Source of the DNA: Octopus vulgaris
Taxonomy: Eukaryota
Length of the DNA: 64,000 nucleotides
Direction of reading: 5' to 3'
Assembly (NCBI GenBank): GCA_951406725.2
Contig: OX597829.1
Coordinates: forward strand, 6,200,001 to 6,264,000
A program made the translations under genes and the position numbers. Positions within the stretch are counted from its first letter, which is position 1, and every line of letters starts with the position of its first letter. The notes under the pieces were generated by a model. That model made no database searches and was not told where the DNA came from. It was given only the letters and a program-made list of their open reading frames with translations. Positions 38,592-53,989 of the stretch are shown in pieces.

Positions 38592-40003
38592 ATATATATA
38601 TAATAGATAATATATATATATACATACATACATACATGAATACATGAATACATACATACAAACGTACATGCATGTACACATGCATACATACAATAGACAA
38701 TTACCATGAATATGGAGATTAGTAAATATGTGTATTTATTATTTCTACGTATTTAAATGCCGTACAGTTATACAACATATTTGATTTAAATGAGTATGAG
38801 GGACGTTTCTGCAGCATAGATATCTCTCAATTTTATTTGGATCGAGTTGCTTTCGACTGGTTACTAATCTATGCAACTGACGTGATCTGAAGTGAACTAA
38901 GTGTTTGCAGGTTTGACTGCTATGACCCTACGCTGACCCTAGATTTGAATTTCGGATCGAGAATATTAGAATTTTAATTAGGTCGAAGTATATTCTTTAA
39001 AACCACTATCCTTAGGTGGATTAGGAATTTGTTGGTTTCAGAAATTGCGTACAACTATTAGTCACTAATTCAAATATAATTAAATATATGAAATATGTAA
39101 AACTAATTTGTGAGGTGAATTCGAATCTTGCTTTGTATAAATCAAGTTTTAATCTACATGTAGTCTGATCGTGCTAAAAGTGTTGCAAGAACTTTTAAAA
39201 TATGTAATTTTACGTATGAGGAAACAGATTACTTCTTGATGTAAGCAGGTTAGATATTACACTGACATCATGTAAATTCAGGCACCTCCTATTTATGTTG
39301 TGCTTGATTAATTATAGAACCTTGGAGTCTGCCAAAAAGATGTATATGTAATTCGGGGAAAGAAAAACGTGTAGAAATATTTTGGAACTAAATTTATTCA
39401 GATTTCTCAGGATAAATGCAAGTTGCCTTTCACATTTTTTGCCTTTTCTTTTGTGGGTATTTCAAAGCCTTTGTCTTTGTTTAAATAAAATTTTTGATAA
39501 AAAAAAAATCAAATCTTTTATTTTAAAAGTACAGAAATTTGTACTGCTAAGATAGGATAATGAGAAATTTAAGTCACGTTCGATCAGTTGCTGACCAATG
39601 AAATAGTCAATAGTCACTTTGAGAGTGAAAAATACCGAAAAATTATTTCTTGGTACTATTGTGAGAAACTGTGACAAAATTGCATACGAAATTGTATAAG
39701 GAACGTAAAACCATTTTAATTTGAGAATGTTGTTGAGCTTAACGTCAATGGAGGAGTGAGTTTGGAACAGAATCTTCTGCATAGCTCACAATTTTACAGA
39801 ATTGTTCGAAACACCTGGTACCATGTGTGATGTGCAGGTGTACGCGAGATAAGAATATGCAGTAAAGCTTATGGCGCATTCTTAAAAGAGCTAAGTGGAA
39901 AGTTTTCATCCCAAGATCCTCATCAAAGAAACGAGATTTTTTAATAGTTTCAAGACATGGTCTGTGAGGCTGAAGAGCTTGTGAGGATAATTGTACGCTC
40001 TGG

Positions 40004-40043
<40 letters not shown>

Positions 40044-40242
40044 TCCTTCTTTCTTTCTTTCTTATCAGACCTGAAAATGAATGGTTCCACTGTCAAGTTA
40101 TAGGTATCCGAGAACTCTGAGATCCGAAGGCATACACAATCTTGAAGAATACTTTAAATGTCAAAAATTTTCTCTGTTATAACAAATGAGAATGTACCTT
40201 TTAAATCAAATAAATAAAAGGAACCTATACATGCCCATTGAA

Positions 40243-40297
40243 ATTTAATGTTAAAATGTCGGCGTACGAAGCCGAATATAGTGGGTTCAAGTCCCAT
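40243..40297 (+). pseudogene. tRNA-Arg(ACG)-like remnant lacking an acceptor stem
   Basis: D stem ATTT/AAAT; anticodon stem TCGGC/GCCGA with loop GTACGAA; T arm GTGGG-TTCAAGT-CCCAT; flanks do not pair. Confidence 0.45.
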
Positions 40298-40699
40298 GCT
40301 TCTCATAAAAACTTATTCTTTAATGTTATATTATTCCTTTAGAAGTCGCCACAACAACATCTGTAGGCAATGCTTGAAGCCAAAAGTCAATATGATTGAG
40401 AATATCTATACATATACAAATCCTAAACACATTTTTCAGTGAAATCTTTCACGGGTAAAATACTGGGACAATAGCATATGTGAATAGATTAAATGCTCTA
40501 CAACTTTGACCTGCAAAGATGTCTTCTGTTATAAGAATATAACATTTTAGAGTCTAAAATACTAATTAAAGTTTGAGACCAGCACTGGAAATGTTATTGT
40601 AGGAAGTGGGATTAAATCATTTGAAAGATCCTAGGATTCGGTGATGTGATTTTACTAACAATTGATTTTGATTTAAGAAAAAAAATACTATTGTACGAG

Positions 40700-40863
40700 A
40701 ACCCAATGTGATTGACCAGAGCATTTGAATGGTACTTCATTTATTTTACTCCAAAAGAGAAGGGAAAAGTTAATCGCGACAGAATTTGGATACAGGTTGT
40801 AAAGAGTTTTAAGAAATAAAAGTTTTTTTCCCATCATACTAAAGATTCTGCTATTTCACTGGC
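40700..40863 (-). mobile_element. SINE family B, very diverged
   Basis: TGGTACTTCATTT...AAAGTTAATC...CAGAATTTG...GATTCTGC aligns loosely to the 13322 copy. Confidence 0.5.
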
Positions 40864-41489
40864 ATTCAAGCAATACTAATATTAAAATAAAATTTGCATA
40901 GTTTTTGATCTAAGTATATTTAGATCTAAGTATATCATGGAGACGAATTAACAGATGTTATTGATAAAAATGTGGTAGAACTGAATTCAAAGATAGTTTT
41001 CAGCGATTTGATGGTACTATTAACAATAAATAATAGTAAACCTAACCCTTAAAAGCAGTTAGAATAACTCATTGAAGGAAAATAAACAGATTTAATCTCT
41101 TACATTATGACGCGTAAATCAAACATTATTCTTTTAGTGGCGCGACAGTGCTAATAATAAGCTAATAAAAGTTTGATAAGTTTTATCAATGATAAGATGA
41201 GAGTATTTGTAAAAGTATGTACCAATGATAAATGATAAAAACTATTTTTAAACCAATAATTAAAGGAGAAAGAAAAATATTTTTGAGTGAAACTGAGGAA
41301 ATTTTGGTATTCATATACATGCACACAGATACAGATGGAATTTTCACTTTATTATCGACGAATACCATTTCACAATAATCTGATTTCATTTTTTCATATA
41401 AAGTTTAATTGCAAAAAAACAGAGGGCTTGATATCTAGAACTCAATACTAATATAATATGTACAGCAAAATATGCTATAATATAATAAC

Positions 41490-41696
41490 TGGTTTCAAAT
41501 TTTAACACAAGGACAGCAATATCGGGGAAAGGGTAAGTCGATTACATTGACCCAGTGCTCAACTGTTGCTTGTATTATCGACCCCGAAAGGATGAAATGC
41601 AAAGTCGGCGCTCGTGGTATTTGAACTCAGAACATAATGACATACAAATGGCAGTTAAGCATTTTAGCCGGCATGATAACGATACCGCTAGCTCGC
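41490..41696 (-). mobile_element. SINE family B variant
   Basis: AGTCGATTACATTGACCCAGTGC...TATCGACCCCGAAAGGATGAAA...TTTGAACTCAGAAC...AGCTCGC. Confidence 0.85.
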
Positions 41697-43004
41697 ACTG
41701 TTGCAAGTTAATCATGATTAACTAAAAATTGTCGTTTCGCTTAAGAAATTACGATAAATAAATAGCAGAATATATTTTCAAATTAAAATGTTTGCATTTT
41801 CTGAATATTCCTGCAGATTAACCACAAGCGTTCATTTAACGTTTGTCTGTAAAACAGAAAGACAAGCAGAAATGAAAGACAGTTTTATTGGGTGTTAATC
41901 GTGAAGTTGATCTCGTTTCCATTTACAGTAGCATTTTTTCTCATAACACAAACCTGACTTTATATACTACTGAAACTCTGTGATCACTTCCTTGCTTGCG
42001 TGCTTACATGCGTGTTTTTCTGTAATTTAATACAGCAAAACCGGCGCATAATGGGGGAAATAATTTGAAAGTAAGGTTGAAATGTAAATGCAAACAGAAT
42101 AAAACACGGACAACTGGTTCCCGAGATACGCGGCATTTGGGGGTACCTTCATAAATAGCCAAAACGGTGAATAATGGGAAAATACTCCGAAAGTAGCATA
42201 ACCCTGAAATGGGAATATACAATACTGTGAAAGTTCTTTCCAATAGCTTTATATTTACGTTATATAACAATTCATTTTGCATTTTCCTGGAAGTGTGCAC
42301 ATACGCCATAAATAAATGCTGTTACTGGAGTTCAATTTTATCCCAGAAGCTCTATTTCTATTTGATGCTGTAAATAATCAACAAAACCTTAAACATGAAC
42401 TTGTGATGACATGAACGAATTGAAATATTTAACTGAATCATCATAAAATTAACTTTCCTTTCAATAAAATGTTGAAATCAGCTTCAATGTTTTATAAGAT
42501 GAACTGTCAGTGACTCAACGTGTCACGGGTAGTCTAGTATTTTATAAAAACGAAACGACAAACGAAATGCAATATTTTAGATACCACCCACCATAAATTG
42601 CCCAAGCAATTCTAGCTTTAGTTTTTTTTCTTTCTTTCTAGACAAAAGTAAATAAATAAATAAAAAAAGGAAGAGAGGACAAAATAATCTAAGCAAATAA
42701 AATAAGAATCAAAGACAAGTGACAGCTTTTGAAACACATGTACGTTTAAAAAAAAATTAAACACCTATCTTTAAATAAACAGGTGATTGAGATTGAGTAT
42801 ATTAGCTTAAAACCTACTTTCAGAGTCACAAGTCCTAACATATAGGGCATTGAAACAATAGTATAGTCCCTGCCCTGCAGTGAAACAGGTGAAGGAGGAC
42901 ACTGTAATTTTTAGTACGCGTGACACAACGAGAGATTTACAAAGATAGCTTGACACATATCCACAAACCTAACTTAGACGCATTATTCTGGTATCTGAAA
43001 AAGG

Positions 43005-43153
<149 letters not shown>

Positions 43154-43282
43154 TATATGCACACGCGAGCACACACACACATACGTTTCAGCTTTTAAAA
43201 ACTAAAAATATAAAATCTATTTGCAGACATGTGTGCATTCATACATGAGTGAATCGATACTTAGATATACTTGCAACGGCGA

Positions 43283-43353
43283 ACAATAATAATAATATTA
43301 ACAACAACAACAACAACAATAATAATAATGATAATAATAATAATAATAATGAA

Positions 43354-43428
<75 letters not shown>
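43283..43428. repeat. (AAT)n array flanking the R4/Dong element
   Basis: Directly visible. Confidence 0.95.
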
Positions 43429-43429
<1 letters not shown>

Positions 43430-46065
43430 GTGATGGTGTCACAATAAAAACACAGGTAACTGCGCAACCTGATAACCGCTACCTCATATGAGTGACAACG
43501 AAAAAACAAAATATTGTGAATAACGGTGGTAACGAAGCTGAAGCCAATGATGGTGACAGTGTTACACCCGGTGGGCTCAGAGATTCTGGTCCGGCTCCAG
43601 CCTGTCGATATCCAGAAATGGACCACCACAAACGGCGAAGATGGAGCAGGCAAATTAATGATGTGGTCATGGAGTGTTACTACCTGAACAGACCGGTAGA
43701 CGAAAATGGTGTTCAAATTAGGGGTTAACGTATGTATGATCATTGGAAAGAAAAGGGATTGTTTCAACACACGGAACAAAGACTGTGTGATCAAGCTAAA
43801 GCAATAAGGAAAAATTGTTGGTTCACAGAAGTATTGCTCGAAGTTATCAAAAGACGGGTCATGGAAAATAGCAGCAGAGATAACAATGAAAATACAGTTC
43901 TTACTAATACGAGTAATATCGTAGCACAGGAAAGGGGCAGTGGTAGTTTACTTGATGAGGGACATATAGATGATCTAAAAGAAGACAATAAAACTAATGG
44001 CGACATGACAGATGAACAAAACGCAATCTACGACAGAATAAAGGCAAGGCTACGGGAGAACGATAGCGACATTATTTGCAACCTTAAGAAGGTTGATCGA
44101 TAGAAATTGAACCAAGAAAGGAAAAATGTCAATGAAATTCTGAAATACATCAGAACAAACAACATCACAGAAACAAATGATTTGATCACGGCAGCAAGTA
44201 TTGTTGTAGCAGAAAACGTAGGTGTTGATGTCAAGAAAAATAAACATAATGGGAGTGACAAAAGAAAAGATCCATGGTGGAAAAGAAGTATCTAGGCAGG
44301 GTTAAACATGCTCTCGAAGAAAATCTCTGTAAAATTTATATTTATTATTATTATCATTTTTATTGCGTGAGTGTCAGTACATGTCATCAAGGGGACACTT
44401 GGGTAAAATATACGAATCTTAAAAGGGGAGCTTAAAAGCGAACAAAAATACAGGGCACTATAAAGGAAGTATAATATTGAAAGAAAAGGCCTGAAAGTAG
44501 TAGCGGTGGGACTGAAACAGCGCCTCGTTGCAAAGAACGCAAAGATGGTAAAAATCGACCAAAGATGGAGGGTTACCACCAGAATAGGTTATTCAGAGTA
44601 GATCAGAAGAGATTCTATAAAGAAATAAATGGAGGGTGTACAGATGAAAATTTGATACCAGATAACATTGAAAGTCAAGGGTTTTGGAGTGACATCTGGA
44701 GTAAAGACAAGGAGCCCAAGAAGGATGCTGAATGGTTGCAAGAACTGAAGCAAACAGTAGTCTGTTCATATCAGGTAGATCCAGTCATTGCAGTTAGAAG
44801 TGACGGAAATCAGCAAAAAAAAAAAAATGAGCAACTGGAAGGCCCGGGGGGCCATATGTAGTTCAAGGCTACGGGATGAGAAGATTTGGGGAATGTCATG
44901 CACGAATAGCTGCGCAACTCAACGCCTTGTTAAATGCCGACCAAGCAACACTAGAGTGATTGATATTGGGTAGGACAGTACTGTGCCAAAAAACATCAAA
45001 CAAGGCAATACGGTAGACAATTATAGGCCGATATCCTGTGTACCACTTATATGGAAGTTATTGACAGAGTCAATGTCCGAATATCTGGAAAAAAATGGAG
45101 TCTTGCCACATGAGCAGAAGGGTTGCAAGTGTAAGTGCAGAGATACCAAGGATCAACTCCTAGTAGACAAAACTGTACTTAGAGACTGCAGGAGGAGGAA
45201 AAGTAACTTAGCCATGTCAGGGATGGACTATCGTAAAGCGTATGATATGATCCCACACTCTTGGATTATGGAGTGAATGAACCTATTGCATCGAATGTTG
45301 AACGATTGCTTGGAAAAATTATGGCGAATTGGAGGACGGATCTGACAGCATACGGAAGAAGTTTACGGACAGTAGAAATTAGGAGGGGCATCTTCCAAGG
45401 GGTCTACCTGTCCCCAATGTTCTTTGTACTCTGCTTGATACCACTAACACTGAATCTGAGGAAAGCAAATGCTGGGTATGTATTCAGAAATTGAAAACAA
45501 ATGAAACTGAAAATATGTAGGTAAAGAAAAGAATGTATGGTCAATTTCATAGGGATGTTGAAGGTAAGAGAGACAGAGAAAAAAGATGGCTGTGGATGAC
45601 TAAAAGTGATTTAAAACCGGAAACGGCGGCGGCTCTAATATGTGCTTCCCAAGAGCAACCACCAAGAACAAACTACATAACATACAGAATAGACAACTCA
45701 ACTGAAAGTAATAAGTGCAGAATATGTGGACAAAACAGTGAAACCGTATGAAATATTACCAGCGAATGTATGCCACTAGCCCGAAGGAATACAAGGGACA
45801 CCACGACAATATAGCCAGGCTGTGAAAAATGTAGCAGTACTACCAATAATTGCCAGAGCCCTGGGAAAAGTGAGTAAAAATCTTGAGAAGTACATGGAAC
45901 AAATAGGGGCTGCAATAAGGGTGGAGCACTTGCAGAAAACAACACTGCTTGGAAACGCTCGAATACTCCTGAAGGTGCTCGAAAAATAAAGGTGTTTCCT
46001 TAGTTCACAGGCACAGTAGTACATCTACAGCGATCGAAGCAATGACAATAAATATGATAATAATG
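43429..46065 (+). mobile_element. R4/Dong-clade non-LTR retrotransposon, decayed with internal deletions
   Basis: N-terminal VMECYY...EQRLCDQAKAIRKNCWF; RT NYRPISC, EQKG...TKDQLLVD, DYRKAYDMIPHSWI, RRGIFQG..LSP; MYGQF...LKPET; CRICG knuckle; end LQKTTLLGNARILLKVLEK*. The YMDD region and endonuclease core are deleted. Confidence 0.9.
44338..44418 (-). mobile_element. Short retroelement 3'-end insert with (AAT)n-like tail inside the R4/Dong ORF
   Basis: Homologous to 62921-62976 (CATCAA.G.GACACT.GGGTAAAATATACGAA). Confidence 0.65.
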
Positions 46066-46618
<553 letters not shown>

Positions 46619-46650
46619 CAATGACAATAAATATGATAATAATGCTCCTC

Positions 46651-46743
<93 letters not shown>

Positions 46744-46750
46744 GTGATGA

Positions 46751-46800
<50 letters not shown>

Positions 46801-46832
46801 TAATGGCATGCACTGACTCTTACTCGATAATA

Positions 46833-47106
46833 AGAGCGAGCGTCGCCTGCGGGGTCACACCAAAAAACTCTATCTGCGACGATTTTATCTCAATCGAAGG
46901 AGAGGGGCTTTCTCCGTCCGGGTTGCGGATCCGTGGAATAAGCTGCCGGACGAGATAGTGAAGATGCCGACGACCGCTCGGTTCAAAGTCTCCCTTGACC
47001 ACAAGTGGCCTGAACTCTTTACATGAACACCACCCTGTACTTAACTCCATGTCCCCCTGCATGGCCTTGCTTTTTGATTTTTAAGCCCCAAAATTAACTA
47101 ACTAAG
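46833..47106 (+). mobile_element. CR1-clade LINE 3' end
   Basis: RRLRGHTKKLYLRRFYLNRRRGAFSVRVADPWNKLPDEIVKMPTTARFKVSLDHKWPELFT* (RGH.KL, FS.RV..WN.LP and FK..LD pattern); short (AACT)n tail; GATAATAA on both sides. Confidence 0.88.
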
Positions 47107-47107
47107 G

Positions 47108-47181
<74 letters not shown>

Positions 47182-47193
47182 TATAATTATAAT

Positions 47194-47278
<85 letters not shown>

Positions 47279-47357
47279 TTAATAATAATAATAATGATAA
47301 TGATAATGGTGATGAAGACGACGACGACGACGATGATGGTGATAATAATAATAATAG
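47108..47357. repeat. (AAT)n array
   Basis: Directly visible. Confidence 0.95.
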
Positions 47358-47359
47358 TA

Positions 47360-47700
47360 GTCTGTAGTACCAAGAAGAACAGTGGGAAGAGGACTGATTG
47401 GATGCGAACACAGCATTAGAGCAGAAGAAAACTACATAGTATGGTATGTAGAATTCCACAGAACCGCTATTATTGGAAGTAAGAAGGTCAGGTTTTTGTA
47501 GACTGGAAGATTACAAAGATGAAGCACTTGAAAATGAATGAAACTGAAAACAGGTATATAAAGAAAAGAATGTATGAACAAATTCATAGTGATGTTGAAA
47601 ATAAGACAGACAGAGAAAAAATATGGTTATGGATGACTAAAAGTGATTTAAGGCCGGAAACGGAGGCTCTAATCTGTGCTGCCCAAGAGCAAGCATTAAT
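47360..47700 (+). mobile_element. R4/Dong fragment, same family as 43429-46065
   Basis: KKRMYEQIHSDVENKTDREKIWLWMTKSDLRPETEALICAAQEQAL matches 45533-45660. Confidence 0.85.
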
Positions 47701-48600
47701 AACCGTCAATACACGCCCAAAGAAGTCGCACGACTCAACCGCAACGTATCATAAGATGAAAGTATGAGCGAATATGAGCAGAAGGGCATGCATGGATATG
47801 TTAGTAGAAAACTTCGGGCTGACAGTAATATTGATCAGGAAAGCAGTCTATCTTTGGGATGGTATGCGTTTGTAATCTAGGAACAAGAAATATCACCCAA
47901 TTACCTGATGCACGAAAGGGACAGAGATGCAGGAAAAGTAGCAAATTGTGATAACCGATGCAGACTGTGTGAAGTTAAAACCGAAGATATCATTCACGTC
48001 TAAAGCAGTTATCCGAACGTATCGTCACGGTATTATCTACCGAATGGACATTATGTTGTAGCTAGAACACTCTATAATGAAATCTGTCGGAAGGATAACA
48101 AAAAAGAACCTACGGTATGGTAGAAGTCAGAAGTAATCATAATAAAAAGAAGGAATAGTGATGAAGTATTCAAGTGAAAACCTCAATAAAATTAAAACAT
48201 AATGGATCTGACATAGTAATTTGGATTAGAGAAGAGAAACTGTGTGCAGTTGTGGAAATTAGCTGTCCAGTGAATGTTAACAAAAAGCTAAAGATCAGAG
48301 AAAAAGAAAATATCTACACTGAACTATTAAGAACCCGGCAGTTACTCTATCCAGATTACAAGTTCAGGTCTATACCTGTAATTATTGGGGTCCTGGGATA
48401 TGTAACACACTGCCTAAAGACCAATCTTGAGGAATTAGGCTTCTCAAAATCGGAAAGGTGAAAGCTGATTTGAAGACTACAGGTCCAGTCCATCACTGGA
48501 ACTGTAAATATTTGTAAAACTTTCATTTAAATATATATGAACATGTCTAGTCATGCAATTATATGCATGAGAAGACATAGATAAAAACAAAACACACAAT
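47700..48600 (+). mobile_element. Second R4-clade family, C-terminal knuckle and restriction-like endonuclease
   Basis: MHGYV, CRLCEVKTEDIIHV, KHNGSDIVIW...VVEISCP...KENIYTEL...IPVIIGVLG (PD-(D/E)xK-type layout). Confidence 0.8.
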
Positions 48601-48605
48601 TTTGC

Positions 48606-48755
48606 ATGCATGCATACATACATACATACATACATACATACATACATACATACATACATACATGCATGTATACATACATACATACATGCATACATACATA
48701 CATACATACATACATACATACATACATACATACATACATACATACATACATACAT
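48606..48755. repeat. (TACA)n microsatellite
   Basis: Directly visible. Confidence 0.95.
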
Positions 48756-49228
48756 TTTTGTTACTTTTTAAATTCCAGTGAAGGAGCCTTGGATCTTGAA
48801 ACGAGCTCTTTCTCTATTGGCAAGAAATGTTGAAATGAAACTGAGTAATGGCGTACATACATACATACATACATAAATACAAATGCACATATATATACGT
48901 ATGCATCTGTACATATATCCATACATAACGCATATCCATATTCCAGCTGTGAGGAAAATAGGAATGCAAAACCTGTTCTTGTATGACGGTGATGAATGTG
49001 AACGAGATAGAGGAATCAATGACAGTCTGATCAATGCTTAGAGAAATATTTTTCGGTTTCTTCCACAGCCAGCTCAGCTTAAGCAACTGCTATGTATAAC
49101 AATCATAAATTAGACTACCACTGTAGTGGATATTTCAATTTGGACAACATTTCATTGCAATCAATATTTTCTTTGTATATATACAACAGAGTGTGAATCA
49201 AATGCACTAAAGTAAATTTAGATATTAG

Positions 49229-49282
49229 AATATAAATAGGTAATATAAATAGGTAATATAAATAGGTAATATAAATAGGTAA
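49229..49282. repeat. 13-bp minisatellite AATATAAATAGGT x4
   Basis: Four exact tandem copies. Confidence 0.95.
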
Positions 49283-49657
49283 AAGCAAGTTTATTTAATT
49301 ATTGTTCGTTGCTTTTTTTCCATTAAGTTCTTCAGTTTTGATACAATGCGCGATTAGTCTGTGCCTTTCATGCATTTTTTTCTGATTGTATTTCTATTTC
49401 TTCCCGTTTATCCGTTCATTTCTTGTGCATTTTGTTTTTTTCTAATATATACAACTTTGCATTGCAAACTTACCCGTAATTTCTCAATAGTAGGATTTCT
49501 TTCTCACAATCAATCTATCTTTCTTTCTTGAATAATTAGAGAAAATGTAGTTGCTTCTTGCGATTAATTAAATAAACTATTTGAATAATGAAAACAAAAA
49601 CTGATTTAATATAGAAATAAGTATTTCTTCAACATATAATCATATATATATATTTAC

Positions 49658-49721
<64 letters not shown>

Positions 49722-50111
49722 ATATAAAGTTTATCGATATATTTTGAACATTTTTGTATATCTAAAATATTCCGTGATGTCTATTTGTGCAAGAAACTAA
49801 AAATAAAAGAGAATGTAGTCCCTTGACGAACCCTTTCATAATTTGCTGCCCATTTTTCCCTTCATTTTTCTTCTCATAAAAATATACCATATCTGTTATT
49901 GGATTTCTAATGCTCGTAAAGCAAAGCTTTATAATATTCCAATTTATTTAAATTTTTCTGATTCACTTAAGACGCACACACACATATACACAAGCAAACA
50001 AATATATGCATTCATTTATGTATGATGTATGTATATATATATATGTGTGTGTGTGTGTATGTATATATGTATATATGTATATATATAAATATATGTATTT
50101 ATGTATATATT

Positions 50112-50404
<293 letters not shown>

Positions 50405-51178
50405 ACACACAGACATCTATATATTACTACGAACGTATACAGAGAGAAATAGAGCATTTTTTTATAAGACCGGTAAACGTTATATACATACAATGAATCT
50501 CAAATACCAGTTTGCATGTACATATGCACGGTTTTTTACGTACGTGTATATTCAAGAGTATACGTATCTGCCTGTATGTAAGTATATAAGTAAGCATGCG
50601 TTTGCGCATTTGAGCATATGATTATAGACACACACACACACTTGTGTGTGTGTGTGTGCGTGTGTATAAACTTTTGTAGAAGAATATGGTTATTTCTATA
50701 TTAAATTAGATTTTATGATTCTAATAGAAATGGTTATATAATAGTTCCCAAGAAGCAAGTAAATTTTCTTTAATTATTCGAAGAAAGAAATCAAAGAGGA
50801 GGAGAGAGAGAAAGAGAGAAGCAAAAAAAATTATTACCAATGAAAAAGAAATAGTGCGATTGAAATTTTAGGGGAGAGATAAAGATAGTAAAATAGAGAG
50901 AAGTGCACTTGAAAGGAACAAAACGCAAAAGAAATTGAACGATAAAAAAAGAACAAATAGTAAGACGAAAGAAGTCATAAAGGAAAATTGTAATAAAAAG
51001 GAAAAAAATATATAAACACACGTTGTCACAAAAGTGAAGAACTTAAACGGAAAAAAGGACACGTGAATAAATGATAAATAAATCAATAATAATTATAAAA
51101 CGAAATAAAATAAAAGACGTGTAAAAAGGATGATCGTGTGAGGGGTGGGGAGACATTTTACTAACCTATTCTCTATAT

Positions 51179-51235
<57 letters not shown>

Positions 51236-51384
51236 ATCTGTGTGTATGGATGTATGATTACATATATAAATATATGTATGTACGTGCCTGTATGTATGTG
51301 ATGGTGTACGCGTATATATATAGTAATGCATACGCACGCACACACACACATATACACTCATGAATACATATACATACATATATA

Positions 51385-51459
<75 letters not shown>

Positions 51460-51515
51460 ATATAGATATGTATATACATATATATGCGTATGTGTATATA
51501 AACATATATGATAGT

Positions 51516-51551
<36 letters not shown>

Positions 51552-51875
51552 CAGAGAGTGAGAGAGAAAGAAAGAGAGAGAAAGAAAGACTAACACTGTG
51601 AAAAAGAGGAGAGAATCAGATCAACGCTTGAAATATGAAAGCAAGTTAACAAAGGGGGATGAACATAATCATAAGCTGCTTAGCTATGAAAAGAAAACAG
51701 TTAATGAAAGCATCGCCACTACCTCTACTACCACAACAACCATCCCCACCAGCAACACACTACTACCAAAACCACCACCACCACCACCACCATAACCACC
51801 ACCACCACCACCACCACCACCACCACCACCACCATCATCATCACAACACCAGTTGATGATCATGATGATGGTGTA

Positions 51876-51913
<38 letters not shown>

Positions 51914-52457
51914 ATGCAGAAAACACCAGAAGCAATAAAATGAGAAATAAGAATAATAGACACAAAACATGAAACACAAACGACAACAAAATAATATCTA
52001 CAGCATCAAGAGCCCATCCATATTCAACAACAGCAGCAACAATGGAAATCTTACGACGACGACGACGATGATGATGACGATAATGGTGTCGGCGGTGGCG
52101 GCGGTGGTGGTGGTGGTGGTTGTGCTGAAATAATGTTACAATGGTGATGTTAATAAAATAATGGTACAGCTGACACTTTATGGACAAAATTCAGTATCGT
52201 CACCTATCTGACCAACTCTCATCACAAAGACTCTTTTCAAAACACACCCCGACCACACAAACCATCAGACCCACCACATATTTCTTCAACATTATCACTA
52301 CTACCTCCACCACTGCTACAAACGCCACCACAACCCACCGTCTCTACAGCTACTAATAAAAATTGGAAACAATAATTTTTAACGAAAACTACCACAAGAA
52401 CAATAGCGACGAAAATAAAATATGAAAGCAACAGCAATACGCAAAACAAGCACACAT

Positions 52458-52519
<62 letters not shown>

Positions 52520-52875
52520 ACACACATACTCTCACTCACACACACACCCACACACACACAGACACAGACACACATTCACACACACACACACACACACACA
52601 CAGAAATGTGCGAACTGGTTTCAGGTGCTGTTACTATTGTTGTTAGTACGAGGGAGGAGGTACTTACTTTGGTGTTTAATGGCGAGAAAAATATATAAAT
52701 CAGCGAAAACTAACAAAGGTGAAAAAAAATCTTAAAATAGATTGAATAAAAGTGTTTGATCGGGCAACATGATGAGAATAAAATCTTCATTAAATTTGCA
52801 ATGAAACTCTTCCAAAAATAACAGAGAAATATTCATCTGGAAGTCTACGAAATTTTTATACTATTGTACCATGCT

Positions 52876-52934
<59 letters not shown>

Positions 52935-53989
52935 TTTTAATCCGAAACGTTTATTGCACCCAGGTTCTGCACAAACATCATGCACTTTAGTTGTTAAAGG
53001 TTCAGGAATTCTAATACCAAACTAGTCATGAATGAATACTAATTTCTTCATATATAAGGCACAATGATAGAGAAGAAAGAAACGTATTAAGGCTTTCGGC
53101 TCAGAGATCAATAGGACGTATCCAGCAGTATTGTTGATGTTTTCATATAAACCATTTATTTTACAATATTTGTTTTCCAAAATCACTTTGCTGTGATTCG
53201 AGAGATTGAGCCTTTCAAATGTAAACTGCAGTTATCTGTGTGGAGGACTTAAATAAATATACATCGTCCGGCAGTTGTACTAGTTATCTTTGCATTAAGA
53301 GATGGGAACGTCTGTTCAATATGAACATTTTGATAGCACACTGCCTCCGACTGTGTGCTAAGACTTCTTACGTATCGTAATTACCAAAGATTCGCAGAAC
53401 GAAATTCACCTCTATTTCTTGGGAGGTTTTTTCAATGAACACAGCTGTCCCATTCTACTGTTTAAGAAGAAACTAAAGATACTTGTTGCAGCTTTTGTTA
53501 AATGTGCTTAAATACCGTGCGCTCGATGCTTCTTTGCATTGTGGACTATGGAGGCTACTACATGTTGTAGAATTATATAAACACAGATATTATATTGGTA
53601 TAATCGAGAGATTGCGATGTGCATATGTGTAGTAATGAAATTCATATATATGATGAGTTCTAGTGCTCACACTTTCGTTCAGAGTTCCGATGTATATATC
53701 TCTCACAAGAATAGTTCATACATCTAATTTGCTGCGGCAACGTAGAGTTTGATATCATAACAACATTTTGTTGGTTTTCCTGTTGTGATTTACATCAAAA
53801 TGTAGTTTTCTTTCATTATTTTGGCTGCTTCCTAAATCCAGCTTGACGACGATGATCTCGACGAGATCGATGATGTACGTCTGTCGTGTTTTTTATTGTC
53901 TGCGAGACTGATTGTATGTCGATATATTTGGATCGGGAGCGGTTCATAACCAATGAGCATGGGTCCAGTCAACTTTCTTATTCTATTGA

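Noticed and set aside
39780-40000. Possible coding exon
   Set aside because: The frames I read close quickly and show no motif.
48770-48850. Further hammerhead-like motif (CAGTGAAGGAGCC...TTGAAACG)
   Set aside because: Core and stems too degraded to call.
49229-49282. CRISPR-like or TATA-box array
   Set aside because: Head-to-tail 13-mer without spacers; simple minisatellite.
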